A stretch of 64,000 nucleotides of DNA from an uncultured Pseudomonadota bacterium (GCA_963749075.1 CAVVLJ010000017.1:448001-512000); one strand, 5' to 3'; positions 19,149 to 29,494 are shown, numbered from the stretch's first letter. Notes: a model not told the origin generated them from the sequence alone. Numbers and translations are program-made.

Positions 19149-20159
19149 TCAACAAGGCGACCCGAACTCCTCCAGCAGCCGGCGCGCCTTCTCGATCTGC
19201 GTGCGGCGCACCTCATCCCGCTCGCCGAGCTCGACGTTGCTGGCAAGCCGGTGCTGCCACCGCTCGGGCAGCAGCTCGCCGAGTATGATACCGCACCAGC
19301 GCAGCACATGAAGCGGCATCAGTGCGGCCAGCCGGTCGGCCTCGCGATGGCGGCGGAAATGCCCGAGCAGGAGTTGCCGATAGAGCAGCTTCTGGGACGC
19401 GGATAGCCGCATCGCCGGGTGCATGGTGAAGAGCGCGATGCTGGTCGCCGGATCGTCCCAGCCGAAATACTCGAAATCGAGGAAAGCGAGAGTGCCGTCC
19501 GCCTGCCGCAGCGCATTGTGAGCGCCGAAATCCGACGGGATCAGCGTGCGCCGCTCCGGCGGCAGATCGGCATCGAATTCGAGGCCGAGCCGCGCACAGT
19601 CCCGACGCGACCTCGCCTCGAACTCCCGGAGCGCCGGCACGAGCACGCCGTCGTAGAAGGGTGCGAATTGCGGTATCTCCGCCTTGACCGCGCCCAGGCG
19701 CGCAAAGCGGCCGCCGATCTGCCCGAGGATGCGCCGTCCGGAAAGACAGGCTTCGGAGGCTTCGCCGATCTCCTTCGCCGCCTGCCCGTCGATCGCCCGG
19801 TCGATGTCGATCTGAAAGGCGGCAAAGGCGGCGACGTCCTCGTCGCTCACGTCGGAGAACGGCTCGCCCTCCAGCCACGTGAGGAGGACATACCGCGTCT
19901 CCGGCTCGACCGCGACGACGCGAGGGGTCCGGCCGATGCCCCGGCGCTCGAACAGCCGGAGCGCGCCCGTCTCGGCCAGCAAGCGGTCGCGCTCGTCCGC
20001 CGGCGGGTAGCGTTTCAGGGCGTAGACGGCTGCGGACGTTTCCACCCGGAAGACGCGGTTGTTCCTTCCGCGCCGGAGCTCCGCGACGCGCGCGACGGGC
20101 GACGGGGAGAGCCGGCGCGCGACGGCGAGGACGGCGTCAAGCGTCGCGGAAGAGCGCAT
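19149..20159 (-). CDS. Aminoglycoside-phosphotransferase/choline-kinase-like kinase
   Basis: GRNNRVF, YALKRY, Brenner-like SDFGAHN, LDFEYFGWDDP. Confidence 0.85.
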   Translation of the reverse strand: MRSSATLDAVLAVARRLSPSPVARVAELRRGRNNRVFRVETSAAVYALKRYPPADERDRLLAETGALRLFERRGIGRTPRVVAVEPETRYVLLTWLEGEPFSDVSDEDVAAFAAFQIDIDRAIDGQAAKEIGEASEACLSGRRILGQIGGRFARLGAVKAEIPQFAPFYDGVLVPALREFEARSRRDCARLGLEFDADLPPERRTLIPSDFGAHNALRQADGTLAFLDFEYFGWDDPATSIALFTMHPAMRLSASQKLLYRQLLLGHFRRHREADRLAALMPLHVLRWCGIILGELLPERWQHRLASNVELGERDEVRRTQIEKARRLLEEFGSPC

Positions 20160-20751
20160 GCGTGATCTCTTTCCAACCGCCGTAGCGCTCGATGCCGCCT
20201 TGCGCCGGGCCGGGTGCCGCGCCAAAAAGAATCTTCCGGCAGCTCGCTGGCAGCTCGCCGTGGGCGAGCACCTCGGGGAGATCGTCGATGAAGACGTTGC
20301 AGCCGACCGTGCGGATGCGGCGGACCTTGTCGTCGCGCGTGCGCTCGAAGAACACGTTCTCCGGTGCCAGGCCGAAGCCCGCGTCGCCGAAGAAGCCCTG
20401 GCGGCAGAGCCAGGCCAGCGCCGCCTCGTGCAGATTGGTGCCGTGCGGATCGTGGTGGGCGAGGACGGTCTTGTGGCTGACGATGGCGAGCGGCACGGCC
20501 TCGACACGGCAGCGCGCGAGGAACTCGGCCGCGCCCTGGTAGAGCACCGCCTGGTCGATGCGCCGGCCGTAGACCTCTCCCTGCAGCGTCTCCCAAGAAT
20601 GGCCGTCGGGGCGCTCGGCCAGGAGCCGGGCCTTGACCGCCGACCTGCCCCCGGCGAAATCCGGCGGCAGCAGGCCCTCCTCTTGGCCCACGGCAAGGAA
20701 TGCCTGGTCGTAGGCGACGAGCGTGTTGTCGAGGTCCAAGCCGATTCGCAT
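20137..20751 (-). CDS. HAD-superfamily hydrolase
   Basis: Motif I GLDLDNTL, IVSHKT, motif IV FIDDLPE; overlaps the kinase start. Confidence 0.85.
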   Translation of the reverse strand: MRIGLDLDNTLVAYDQAFLAVGQEEGLLPPDFAGGRSAVKARLLAERPDGHSWETLQGEVYGRRIDQAVLYQGAAEFLARCRVEAVPLAIVSHKTVLAHHDPHGTNLHEAALAWLCRQGFFGDAGFGLAPENVFFERTRDDKVRRIRTVGCNVFIDDLPEVLAHGELPASCRKILFGAAPGPAQGGIERYGGWKEITHALFRDA

Positions 20752-20829
20752 GGCGCCACCTTATGCAACCTCGCGGCGGCCGTCCACAGGCACGGGCGTA
20801 GCGCTCGATGGCCCGGCAACGCGCGTGGA

Positions 20830-21664
20830 TCAACGCTTGCCGCCCGCTTCCCGTTTGGCGGCGAGCGCTCGGTAGTCTTCGACCAGCTGGCGGTACACGA
20901 CCCCGTCATAGTCCTTTTCGAGATGATCGACCGGCACGACGAAGGGCCGCTCCGAGGCCTTGCGGAAGGCGATATGGAGCCAGAGATCGGCCACGGGAAT
21001 GGGGCCGGTCGAGCTCTCGACGTAGGAGTGCTGCTCGATCGCTTTCGTCCATTCGCTTCTGCCTTCCGCCTGCCACGGCGTCGCCTCCTTCTGCGAAAGG
21101 CGAGCCATGTAGCCGTTGAACTCCGCGAGAAAGTCGGCTTCGTACCGCACGAGCTCGACCCGCGCATAGAGCACGTCGTAACGGTTCGATGCCACGCGCC
21201 TGCCAGCCGCTCAAGGGAATGGAATGGCGCATGACGCCTCCGGCCTTCACCAGATCGCGGGCGACGTGGAACGCGTTGAGCGGATTGCTCAAGTGCTCGA
21301 TCGTGCCTTCGTCGTTCACCATGTCGAAGTGCCCGAGCAGCGCGGCCGGCGCGCGCTCAGTGCTGAGGTCGAATCGCGTCGTTCCGGGGGCGCCGTTCAC
21401 GTCGAGGCTTAGGCATGCGATCGCGGCTCTGTCGAAAACGCGCTTCGACGGGCAGGGGAAAACAAGGGAAGCGGCGAAATCCTCGGCTTTCTCGGACGGC
21501 TCCCCGAGGGAGGTCAAAAAAGCGGAAACGTCCCTGCGCGCTTCGGGCAACTCCCCATCGAGCTCCTGCGCGCCGAACTCCGCCAAGGCCCCGCCCTTCG
21601 GCAACCAGCCTTGCTCAATCCAGTTCGTCACATGCGCCCGGAAGTAGGTTGCCGCGTAGCCCAT
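20830..21664 (-). pseudogene. Methyltransferase-like gene, disrupted at about 21195
   Basis: LAEFGAQ and FDMVNDEGTIEH..NP in the first frame. The natural continuation (VASNRYDVLYARV...FRK...FVVP) lies in another frame after SGWQ. Confidence 0.65.
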
Positions 21665-21812
21665 GCTTGCCTTTCCTATGCGACGCTAATGAGGCAGAGG
21701 GACAGAAGACGAGAACGCTGTCCGTTGCAACCCCGCAGAACGCACCGTCGCCACCTTGAGGCACCTCGCCATGATCCGCCTCATGCGCCGACCTATGACT
21801 TGAGCAACTCAT

Positions 21813-23375
21813 TCACCCCGTGGCCATTCTACGCGGGTCGGCTCTTAGAGATCTGCGGATGGTCTCGAAGACGGCGATGAGTGCCGTGGCGAGACCGGAA
21901 ACGACATAGAAAACGAGCTCCGCGGAGGTGTGAGGTTTACTCCATGCGACGAAGTAGGGCACGATGCTCCAGATTGAAAAGAGCAGCAACGCGCGGATCA
22001 AGAGCCTCAAGCGATTTTCAGGCTCTCCGGACGCGCCAAAAACAACGAAGGCGACGAGAGCCGCGGCCTGCGCAAGCGGCAGGGCAAGAAGAAGCAGTTT
22101 GATACCGAAGGTCTTGCCGGGAGCGCCGAAGCCGATGAGATAGCTCGTTGACGTGAGGATGAGTATAGGTTTGTAATAAAAAAATGTCTCGAAGACCTCC
22201 ATCGGATACTTGCGGGTGATTTCGAAAAACGCATCTTTCATGGCCGCCTCATAACGGCCGCCGTAGATTCCTTCGATCATCTCCGCCGGCGTGAGGCCGT
22301 GCTCAAGCGCGTACGCCTCCCAAATGCACTGACCGTTCCAGTCTGCGACGCCGCGAACAAGGCTCTGGGGTGTGGCGTATTGCGAAGGAGAGTAGCGCTT
22401 ACATGAGGAATAGACATCGCGCAGATTGCCGAACGGCCAAGCCGGATTCGCACCGAGGCTAACGAGCACGCGATGCCAGACGAGTCCGGTGGTTCGCCCG
22501 GACTCCTTATAGGCTTCGGGCACCCATAGATAAAAGGATGCAACGAGCACGGCGCTCAAGAAGGCGACGAATGCGCCATTGCGAAGCAGGCTCCGAAAGC
22601 CCGCAGGGTCGCGGCGACGCGCTCCCAGGGTCAGAAGGAGAGCCACGATAAGAGCACCGAGGAGATAGCCGGCGCCGCCGCGAACAAGGATGACGACGGC
22701 GAGCATGAGGACTTGAACGCAGAGCAGAATGAAATTGCCTGGCCTTGCTTCGGAGTTGGATTTCGCTGACCCGACGATTTCCCAGAATATGTGCATCGCC
22801 GGCAATATGCCAAGAAGACTAAAATAGCGAATCCCCCCGACAGGGACCTCGTCCGCAATATTCGTATCGGTTGCCAATGGCGTGAACAGCATCATGGTCA
22901 GTGAAAAAAAATACAGAAGTGCGAAAAAGACACGGTCATCCCGGTACCGTAACAGAAATGCAAGCGTCGAGATCCCCATAAAGCCTATGACAGCAAAAGT
23001 CAGCGAAGAAAGATGCGGCCCGAATAAGCGCATCGCGAGCGTCGTGATGACGGTATAGCCGATGCCGATCCCGTCCGGGTTGGCCGCCAACAAAGGGCCG
23101 GTCTCGACCCCGCCGCGGGCCGTCTCTTCCAGAGTCTGCTGAATGTGGCCTGGTTTGTACACAAACGACTTCAGTAAACCCGAATAGATTGTGCCGATTG
23201 GAGCCCCATAGACTGAATTGGACACCGCGGCCGCGAGGCCGAACCGCTCTGCGTGGTATTCGGAATAACGATGCTCTCTCAACACCGTCACTGCGGCGGC
23301 ATAGATGACGAATGAGGCGATCGCCAGACAGATCCGAATCGAAGTCGACGCATGATGTCGGGAAACGAGCTTCAA
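21813..23375 (-). CDS. Polytopic membrane protein (possible GT-C or glycan-modifying enzyme)
   Basis: About 10-11 hydrophobic segments with two large soluble loops; visibly more AT-rich than neighbours. Confidence 0.65.
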   Translation of the reverse strand: MKLVSRHHASTSIRICLAIASFVIYAAAVTVLREHRYSEYHAERFGLAAAVSNSVYGAPIGTIYSGLLKSFVYKPGHIQQTLEETARGGVETGPLLAANPDGIGIGYTVITTLAMRLFGPHLSSLTFAVIGFMGISTLAFLLRYRDDRVFFALLYFFSLTMMLFTPLATDTNIADEVPVGGIRYFSLLGILPAMHIFWEIVGSAKSNSEARPGNFILLCVQVLMLAVVILVRGGAGYLLGALIVALLLTLGARRRDPAGFRSLLRNGAFVAFLSAVLVASFYLWVPEAYKESGRTTGLVWHRVLVSLGANPAWPFGNLRDVYSSCKRYSPSQYATPQSLVRGVADWNGQCIWEAYALEHGLTPAEMIEGIYGGRYEAAMKDAFFEITRKYPMEVFETFFYYKPILILTSTSYLIGFGAPGKTFGIKLLLLALPLAQAAALVAFVVFGASGEPENRLRLLIRALLLFSIWSIVPYFVAWSKPHTSAELVFYVVSGLATALIAVFETIRRSLRADPRRMATG

Positions 23376-23579
23376 GACGTTCGATGGCTCTTCTATGCCG
23401 AAACGAATGCAAGATCATGGCGCGACTTTGACCAATAGCCGAGCCTCCGGGCAGCGGTGGCGATCATGCGATTGACCTGTGCGGGCCGACCATTGCGGCG
23501 TCATTCCGGCGGCAGCGGGTTGCGAGGCGCCGGAGATGAGAGATAACGGTATGCCGACCTCGTTTTTCGTGGCCGCGCT

Positions 23580-26363
23580 CTACCCTCGCGCGGATTCCCA
23601 GACCCTCTCCAGCACGTCGGCCTGGCCGATCGTGTTGCCGACCCCCATGAGCTCGGCGGGCCGCTCGCCGCAAGCGAGTGCGCATTCGCGCACGAAGAGG
23701 CCCGACACGCCGTCGCCCTGATAGGTCGGCCTCTCGATGTCCATCAGCGCCAGATTGTATACCGCCGGTGCCGCATCGAAGGGCATCGACGCCCAGATGC
23801 GATACCAGCCCCCGCCCTCATCGATGATGCCGGCCTCGACGACGTCGCCGTTCCTGGGGGACATCTTTTTCTTGCGCAGGTCGAAATCGACGCTGCCGTA
23901 GCGGCTCGAGGTCGCGTCCCGTAGCTCCAGCCTGACATGCGAACGGCCGTTCGGCTTGAGCCAGAGCGAGGGTATGTAGCACTCCCCCGCCCGGATCTTC
24001 GGAAAGACGAGCTCGATCCGGTGATAGCCGGTCGTCCCGTCCTCGGTAACCATGTCGCACTGCAGCCCGCCGAGGCGGCCGCTTGCGGGATCGGCGTCGA
24101 GGCGCGCGCCTTCGGCGTGATAGTCGCTTGTCCCGGTCAAAAGCGGGGCGTGCCAGACGAGCGCTCCCGGAAGATGCTGAGAGGTGTCGGTGACGAGATA
24201 GGAGGAGGCATTGCGCACCGAGGCAAGATCGCCGCGGACGATGAAATTCTTCATGAGCGGCTGCTCGAGCACCCGCTGGAACTCGGGATATCGGCCATGG
24301 TCGGAGAGGTGGACCGCGCGCTCGCGGTATTCGTCGTTGGTGAACGCCCCCATGTTCATGAGCCGCTCGAACATGACCCCGTCGACGCCGAGGTCGAGGC
24401 CCATCTGCACGAACTCGGGCATCTCCAGGAAGTTGTCTTTCTGGTAGGTGAAGGAAAAGAAAAACCCCTCGATCCTGCGCGCCTTGCGCAGCCGGGAGAG
24501 GAAGCGCAGGTTCCGCCAGGTCTCCTCGTACGAGGCGCCCCGGCGGAGCTTCTCGAAGGTTTCCTTCCGCGCCGCGTCGAGCGAGACGCGGATGTATTCG
24601 ACTTTGTTGTGGACGCCGGGGAATTTGGCCCACTCCTCCTCGGAGAAACGCGTCCCGTTGGTGATGATGCGCACCTTGAGGTTGGGCGTGGTCTCGTCGC
24701 TGATGTAGCGCAGCACCGCGCGCGACGGCTCGCTGACCATGACCTCGCCGGCAGGGTTGATCATCACCGCCGACACGCTCTTCAGCATGGGCAGCACCGT
24801 CTGCTCGACCATCTCCATCAGCGTCTTGTTCTCCTCCTGCGAGGCCCCCCGCACCTCGACGCGGCACGACGGGCAGGACAGATTGCAAGTGTCGTCGATC
24901 GCGAAGAGGAGCTCGCTCGGCCCGTCGACGACGACCGCACCGGCGTCGATCGCCTTGCGCAGCACGGGCTCGATCACCTCGGTCTTGAGCGGCAGCTGAT
25001 CGTTGGGCATCGCCTGGCAATTGAGGTGATCGCAGTATTTGAACGAGCCGTCGAGCATGCTCCGCCGGATGTCCTGTGCTATGCCTGAGTTGACGATCGC
25101 CTCGGGACCGTCCGAGAGCTTGCCGATCACGGTCGGCAGCCAGTGCACGCAGCACACCCGCGCGGTCGGGACGGAGCCCGCGATACCCCCCTCGCCGTGC
25201 AACAGATCGATGCGGGTGAAGGGGTGCGAGCAGATGCGGGCCTTGAGATAGGCATCGTCGTCGCCGACGAACTTGCGCAGATGGGGCGGGACGTCCTGCC
25301 CGTTCCGGATCAGCTCGAGCGCGTGCCGGATCGCCTGCAGATGAACGGTCCGCACGCCCGAGGCCCAGCCGAACTCGTGGTCGAGCATGTCGGAGATCTT
25401 GTCGAGGACCCTCTCGGGCTGGTGCTGCGCACCGTAATGGCGGGCGAGCGCCATCATCGCCGCCTCCGCCATGATCAGGGCCAGGTTCTCCCGCTTGGTC
25501 GCGAACAGAGGCGAGACGAGGCGGTTCAGCTCGACGAAGCGGAGGAGGCCGTCGCAACGCTCCTCGACGCTCGTCTCGCCGCCGACCTGAACGGTCAGGC
25601 CATGGACGAAATCCTGCGGCTCGGTGGTGTCGAGGAAGCTCGGCTGCGGCACCACCAGTGCCAAGCGCGCCGCCGGACCCTCCGTCCGCAGCCAGCGGTA
25701 GAACAGGCCCGCGGCCTCGTAGGGATCGAGCTCGAGCGCCTTGCTCATGCCCCGCAGCAAGGTGCCGTCGGCGGCAAAGCCGAGCTGCTCCAGGCGATCC
25801 GCGAGGGCGGCGAAGTTGTCGCGCTCGACCCGCGCAAGCTCGGCAGCACTCCTCGTGTCGTAGATCCGAATGGGCACGCTGTCGGAATAATTCACGTATC
25901 TGGCGAGATGGGCGCGCACCTTCTCGAGCCGGGCGCGCGCGCCGACCGCCCCCTCCCTTTCATGCTCTCCCTGCTTGAGCTGCGCTCTGAGCTGGCTCAC
26001 GGAGGCGCGCGTCTTGAGCAGGCGCTGCTCCTGCTGCCGGGCCTCTTCGCGCGCGAGCCGCGCCATCAGCCGCCATGCCGCGATATCCTCCGGCATGAGC
26101 TTGGCCGCCTGTTCCGCGTGGCTGAGGGCGCCTAAGATATCGCCCGACACCTCCAAGGCGAGGGCGAGGCCGAAATGGGCCGGGCCGTTATCGGCGGTCG
26201 CGTCGACCGCGGCGCGCAACAGCTTCCACGCACCTTCGAAATCGTTGCGGCCGAGGAGCGCGTCAACATCGGGAAATGCCGCGGAGATGTGCCCGAGCTC
26301 CGCGCGCAAGCCCTCGAATCGCGGCGACGCCATGTCACTGCTGCTCGGCTCGGTCGCGGCCAT
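23580..26363 (-). CDS. TPR + twitch/SPASM-like + radical SAM + C-terminal beta-sandwich protein
   Basis: TPR-like AHFGLALALE...ALSHAEQA; Cys cluster CSHPF...VCC...YCDHLNC; CNLSCPSC radical SAM motif; GGAGG RBS 7 nt before ATG 26363. Confidence 0.85.
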   Translation of the reverse strand: MAATEPSSSDMASPRFEGLRAELGHISAAFPDVDALLGRNDFEGAWKLLRAAVDATADNGPAHFGLALALEVSGDILGALSHAEQAAKLMPEDIAAWRLMARLAREEARQQEQRLLKTRASVSQLRAQLKQGEHEREGAVGARARLEKVRAHLARYVNYSDSVPIRIYDTRSAAELARVERDNFAALADRLEQLGFAADGTLLRGMSKALELDPYEAAGLFYRWLRTEGPAARLALVVPQPSFLDTTEPQDFVHGLTVQVGGETSVEERCDGLLRFVELNRLVSPLFATKRENLALIMAEAAMMALARHYGAQHQPERVLDKISDMLDHEFGWASGVRTVHLQAIRHALELIRNGQDVPPHLRKFVGDDDAYLKARICSHPFTRIDLLHGEGGIAGSVPTARVCCVHWLPTVIGKLSDGPEAIVNSGIAQDIRRSMLDGSFKYCDHLNCQAMPNDQLPLKTEVIEPVLRKAIDAGAVVVDGPSELLFAIDDTCNLSCPSCRVEVRGASQEENKTLMEMVEQTVLPMLKSVSAVMINPAGEVMVSEPSRAVLRYISDETTPNLKVRIITNGTRFSEEEWAKFPGVHNKVEYIRVSLDAARKETFEKLRRGASYEETWRNLRFLSRLRKARRIEGFFFSFTYQKDNFLEMPEFVQMGLDLGVDGVMFERLMNMGAFTNDEYRERAVHLSDHGRYPEFQRVLEQPLMKNFIVRGDLASVRNASSYLVTDTSQHLPGALVWHAPLLTGTSDYHAEGARLDADPASGRLGGLQCDMVTEDGTTGYHRIELVFPKIRAGECYIPSLWLKPNGRSHVRLELRDATSSRYGSVDFDLRKKKMSPRNGDVVEAGIIDEGGGWYRIWASMPFDAAPAVYNLALMDIERPTYQGDGVSGLFVRECALACGERPAELMGVGNTIGQADVLERVWESARG

Positions 26364-26638
26364 CGACACCCCTCCATTCCGATCGTGGCACGAATTTTCG
26401 CTGAATTACAAAAGGTTACCTTGCGGCGCCCGGCGGGTCAAGGCGATCGGGCCGCGCCTGCGGGCGCATGCGACCTGCGCGCGGCAGCGTTGCCGCGGCA
26501 CCGCGCCGCCTTCCGCCGCTGCGGACAAAGCCGTTGCGGATCATCCGGACGTGGTGCAAGTTACGCTGCACGGCGCGGTTGCCTTGTGCAGGGCGCTCCG
26601 AGCGGAGCGTTGGGGAACGCCTCCATGCAAACCCGGCG

Positions 26639-29494
26639 ATGGCCAGGAAGAATTCGACGCTGACATCCGTCGCGGACAAGCTCTTACCGCGGTCTCTGGT
26701 CTGGCGCAGCGAGCTGGAAGAGCTGCGCACGGAGCAGCATCGCCGGGAGGATGCGCTTGGCGACGAGATCCAGGCGTTAAGAGCTGAGCTCGTGAACGCG
26801 CGCGAGGATGCGGTGCGCCGCGAGGCGAAGCAACTGCAGAGCTTCAACAGCCAATTGGCCGAAAGTGCGAAGGTCACCGCGACGGTGACCGCCGAGAGGG
26901 AAAGGTTGGCGCGACAGGGGCAAGCCTTGCGTGCCGAGCTCGAAAGCGCCCAGGAGGCCCATGGGCGGCGGGAGCGGGAGCTGCTACAGCGCCTCGACGA
27001 GGTCATGGCCGAGTTCGCGCGCAACCTGGCGGAGGCGCGGGACGAGACGGCGGCACTGCGTCGCGAGCTGGACAGCAATCGGAAAAAACTCGCGGGCACC
27101 ACCCAGCAATTCGCCAACCTGTTGCAAGCTTTCGCGGAAGAACGCGACAAATTGAGGAAGGGCAGAGACGTCGCCGAGCAGCAGGTTCGAGGGCTGCAAC
27201 AGATCCTCTTGGACATCGAGCCGGAAGAAAGGTCGGCAACGCCGCTGCCGCCCGAGCAATCCGCACCGGCTCCCGCGGCGGCAGCGCCGGCGGTCGTCTC
27301 CCGTCTGGCGTTGCGCCTTCTTTGCGTCGGCAGCGGCCGAGACGGCACGCATTCCATCGCCCATATGATCGAGGGCCTTTACGATCGGCAACGCGGCGGC
27401 GTGCAGTCCGTCCATGACGGAGAGGCCAATGGGCGGAGTGCTGAGCACGACTACCGGGCGCGCGAGCTCCACGGGGCGTTCTGCAGTCACCGGGAAACCG
27501 GCGGCGTGCGCTATCTCGACGCGATCCGCGGCATGATCGCCGGCTGCCCGCACGAATGTATCGTCGGCAGCGGCTATGCCGCGGTCCTGCCGCTCTTCGC
27601 CGAGCGCTCGAAGGGCGAGATGAAGCTCATGCACATCCGCCGCAGGGACCGCACGGCCTGCATCGAGAGCCTGGTCAAGGACTGCCTGATGTTCCCCGCC
27701 GCGTACAGATATTACGCCCCCGCTGGCCAGGGCCGGACGAAGCGCATGGCGGCCTTCCATTTCGGCGAGATGACGCGCGAGGCTTGGGAGGCGCTGCCGA
27801 TCCAGGCGAAGTTCGGCTGGTACTACGACAAGACCCACGGTCTCATCGCCGAAAGCAAGGCGCTCTTCGCGGAATGCGTCGAGGTCGAGACCGAGGAACT
27901 CGATGCCGCCGCGACGCGGAGTGCCGTTGCCCGGCTCGCCGTCGGCAGCGACGAGGTGCTGCCGCCGCGGGCGCACCTCAATGCGCACCGTTTCGACATC
28001 GCCTGGCTGCCCCGGGAGCGCCAGGCCAAGATGCAATGGCTGCTCGGACGCCTCAACTACTACGACCTGGCGGAGGACGACGTCTACGGCCTCCAGTACT
28101 TCCTCGAGAATTTCTCCGCCTGGACGGACTACCAGACGAGCGGCGCGGTGCGGGGGATCAGCCCGCCCGACGTGAGGAGTTTCGAGGAAATCGCGCGGAT
28201 GCTCAAGCGCGCCAACCGCCTCCTGGTCAGGCACCTGAAGGAGATCTACGATAACAGGCTCGTGATTCAGGCGACGATCCGGCCCGCAACCTCAATGTCG
28301 ACGCGCGCCGAGCAGCCCCTTTTTCATATTTGCCATGCCGATCACAGCCATGATCGAGTATTTGCCGAGAACGTCTCTGAGTATCTGGCGAGCAAAGGAA
28401 TCAAGGCTAAGGCCATCGTATTGAACGAAGATGGACAGCGTCCGCAATTGCAGGAGTGCCTTCAAGGAGGGGGCATCGGCGTTATCGGATTTAATTCTCA
28501 GCTCGACCACTCATGGATCGGCTCTACAAATTTTCTGGACGCGGCGGCGGAAAAGAACATCCCGGTCATCCAGTGGATCCTCGATCATCCCAACACTCGG
28601 TTGTCCGAATTTCTCAACTCTACGGCCGCGAATTCCCGATTTCTTTTCAGCTCGGCCGATGCGGAACGCTACTTCAGGCGCTATGGAATACCGGGGGCGT
28701 TGACGGCCACTGTCGCATGCGTGGGCCCAAGCCGGCACTCCCGCCTCGATGAGCTCGACATGCATGGCTTCGCCAATCGGCCGACCATCTGTCTCGTCGC
28801 CATGAATCTCCGGCGCGCCGGCGGAACGATAGAAGAAATTAGGGCGAGGATCGCGGCGCTCGGGCCACCGCTGTCCCACGCGGTGGAGGCGACGATCGAG
28901 CGCGGATATCTCGACGTCGTTCGCCCCCTCGAAGCCCATCTGGAGCGGGCGCTCGACGCCCGCGGGGTGGCAATTTCCAATGCGCAGCGACATGCGTGCA
29001 TGCAGATGGCGGAAGAGGTTGTCCAGATCAACCGCCGGCAGAAAATCTTCGAGATCGCGCGGGAGTTTCCAATATTGATCCAGTCCGACGAGGCCTCGCG
29101 CTGCTTCCGGGCCGGCGCCGCCGCAAGGTTCGAAGAGAACGTCGACATGGCACTTACTTGGTCGCGTCTGAAGCAAGCGCGCGCGCAAGTGAGCATCAGC
29201 AATATGAATGACATGGTGCACGACCGCATCCTGAACGGGTTGAACGCGGGCTGCGTCAACATCGTTGAGGATAGTTTTGCGAACCGCCGGGTGTTCGAGC
29301 ACGGACGAAATGCTCTCTTCTTCAGCTACGACGACGACAGCCTGCGGGAATGCCTATCGCTGGTCTCCAACGACCTCGAACGCGCTTTCGGCATCGCCGC
29401 GGCGGGGTTCGCCATGCGCGATGATCCCCCATTCAGATTCGGAGACTTCCAGAATATCATCGAGCTTGCCCGACAGCGCGCGTTGCAAAATTAG
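26639..29494 (+). CDS. Coiled-coil + sulfotransferase-like + CgeB/GT-B-like glycosyltransferase fusion
   Basis: About 200-aa heptad-rich region; CVGSGRDGTHSI P-loop; QWILDHP...HDRILNGLNAGC C-terminal domain. Confidence 0.7.
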   Translation: MARKNSTLTSVADKLLPRSLVWRSELEELRTEQHRREDALGDEIQALRAELVNAREDAVRREAKQLQSFNSQLAESAKVTATVTAERERLARQGQALRAELESAQEAHGRRERELLQRLDEVMAEFARNLAEARDETAALRRELDSNRKKLAGTTQQFANLLQAFAEERDKLRKGRDVAEQQVRGLQQILLDIEPEERSATPLPPEQSAPAPAAAAPAVVSRLALRLLCVGSGRDGTHSIAHMIEGLYDRQRGGVQSVHDGEANGRSAEHDYRARELHGAFCSHRETGGVRYLDAIRGMIAGCPHECIVGSGYAAVLPLFAERSKGEMKLMHIRRRDRTACIESLVKDCLMFPAAYRYYAPAGQGRTKRMAAFHFGEMTREAWEALPIQAKFGWYYDKTHGLIAESKALFAECVEVETEELDAAATRSAVARLAVGSDEVLPPRAHLNAHRFDIAWLPRERQAKMQWLLGRLNYYDLAEDDVYGLQYFLENFSAWTDYQTSGAVRGISPPDVRSFEEIARMLKRANRLLVRHLKEIYDNRLVIQATIRPATSMSTRAEQPLFHICHADHSHDRVFAENVSEYLASKGIKAKAIVLNEDGQRPQLQECLQGGGIGVIGFNSQLDHSWIGSTNFLDAAAEKNIPVIQWILDHPNTRLSEFLNSTAANSRFLFSSADAERYFRRYGIPGALTATVACVGPSRHSRLDELDMHGFANRPTICLVAMNLRRAGGTIEEIRARIAALGPPLSHAVEATIERGYLDVVRPLEAHLERALDARGVAISNAQRHACMQMAEEVVQINRRQKIFEIAREFPILIQSDEASRCFRAGAAARFEENVDMALTWSRLKQARAQVSISNMNDMVHDRILNGLNAGCVNIVEDSFANRRVFEHGRNALFFSYDDDSLRECLSLVSNDLERAFGIAAAGFAMRDDPPFRFGDFQNIIELARQRALQN

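Noticed and set aside
19149-20159. Antibiotic resistance or macrolide biosynthesis (APH, TylF, MycE, rml)
   Set aside because: No PKS, NRPS or exporter is present; the context fits surface-glycan modification.
26386-26403. Sigma-54-like TGGCACGAATTTTCGC between divergent genes
   Set aside because: GG-to-GC spacing is 11 nt, not the strict 10 nt.
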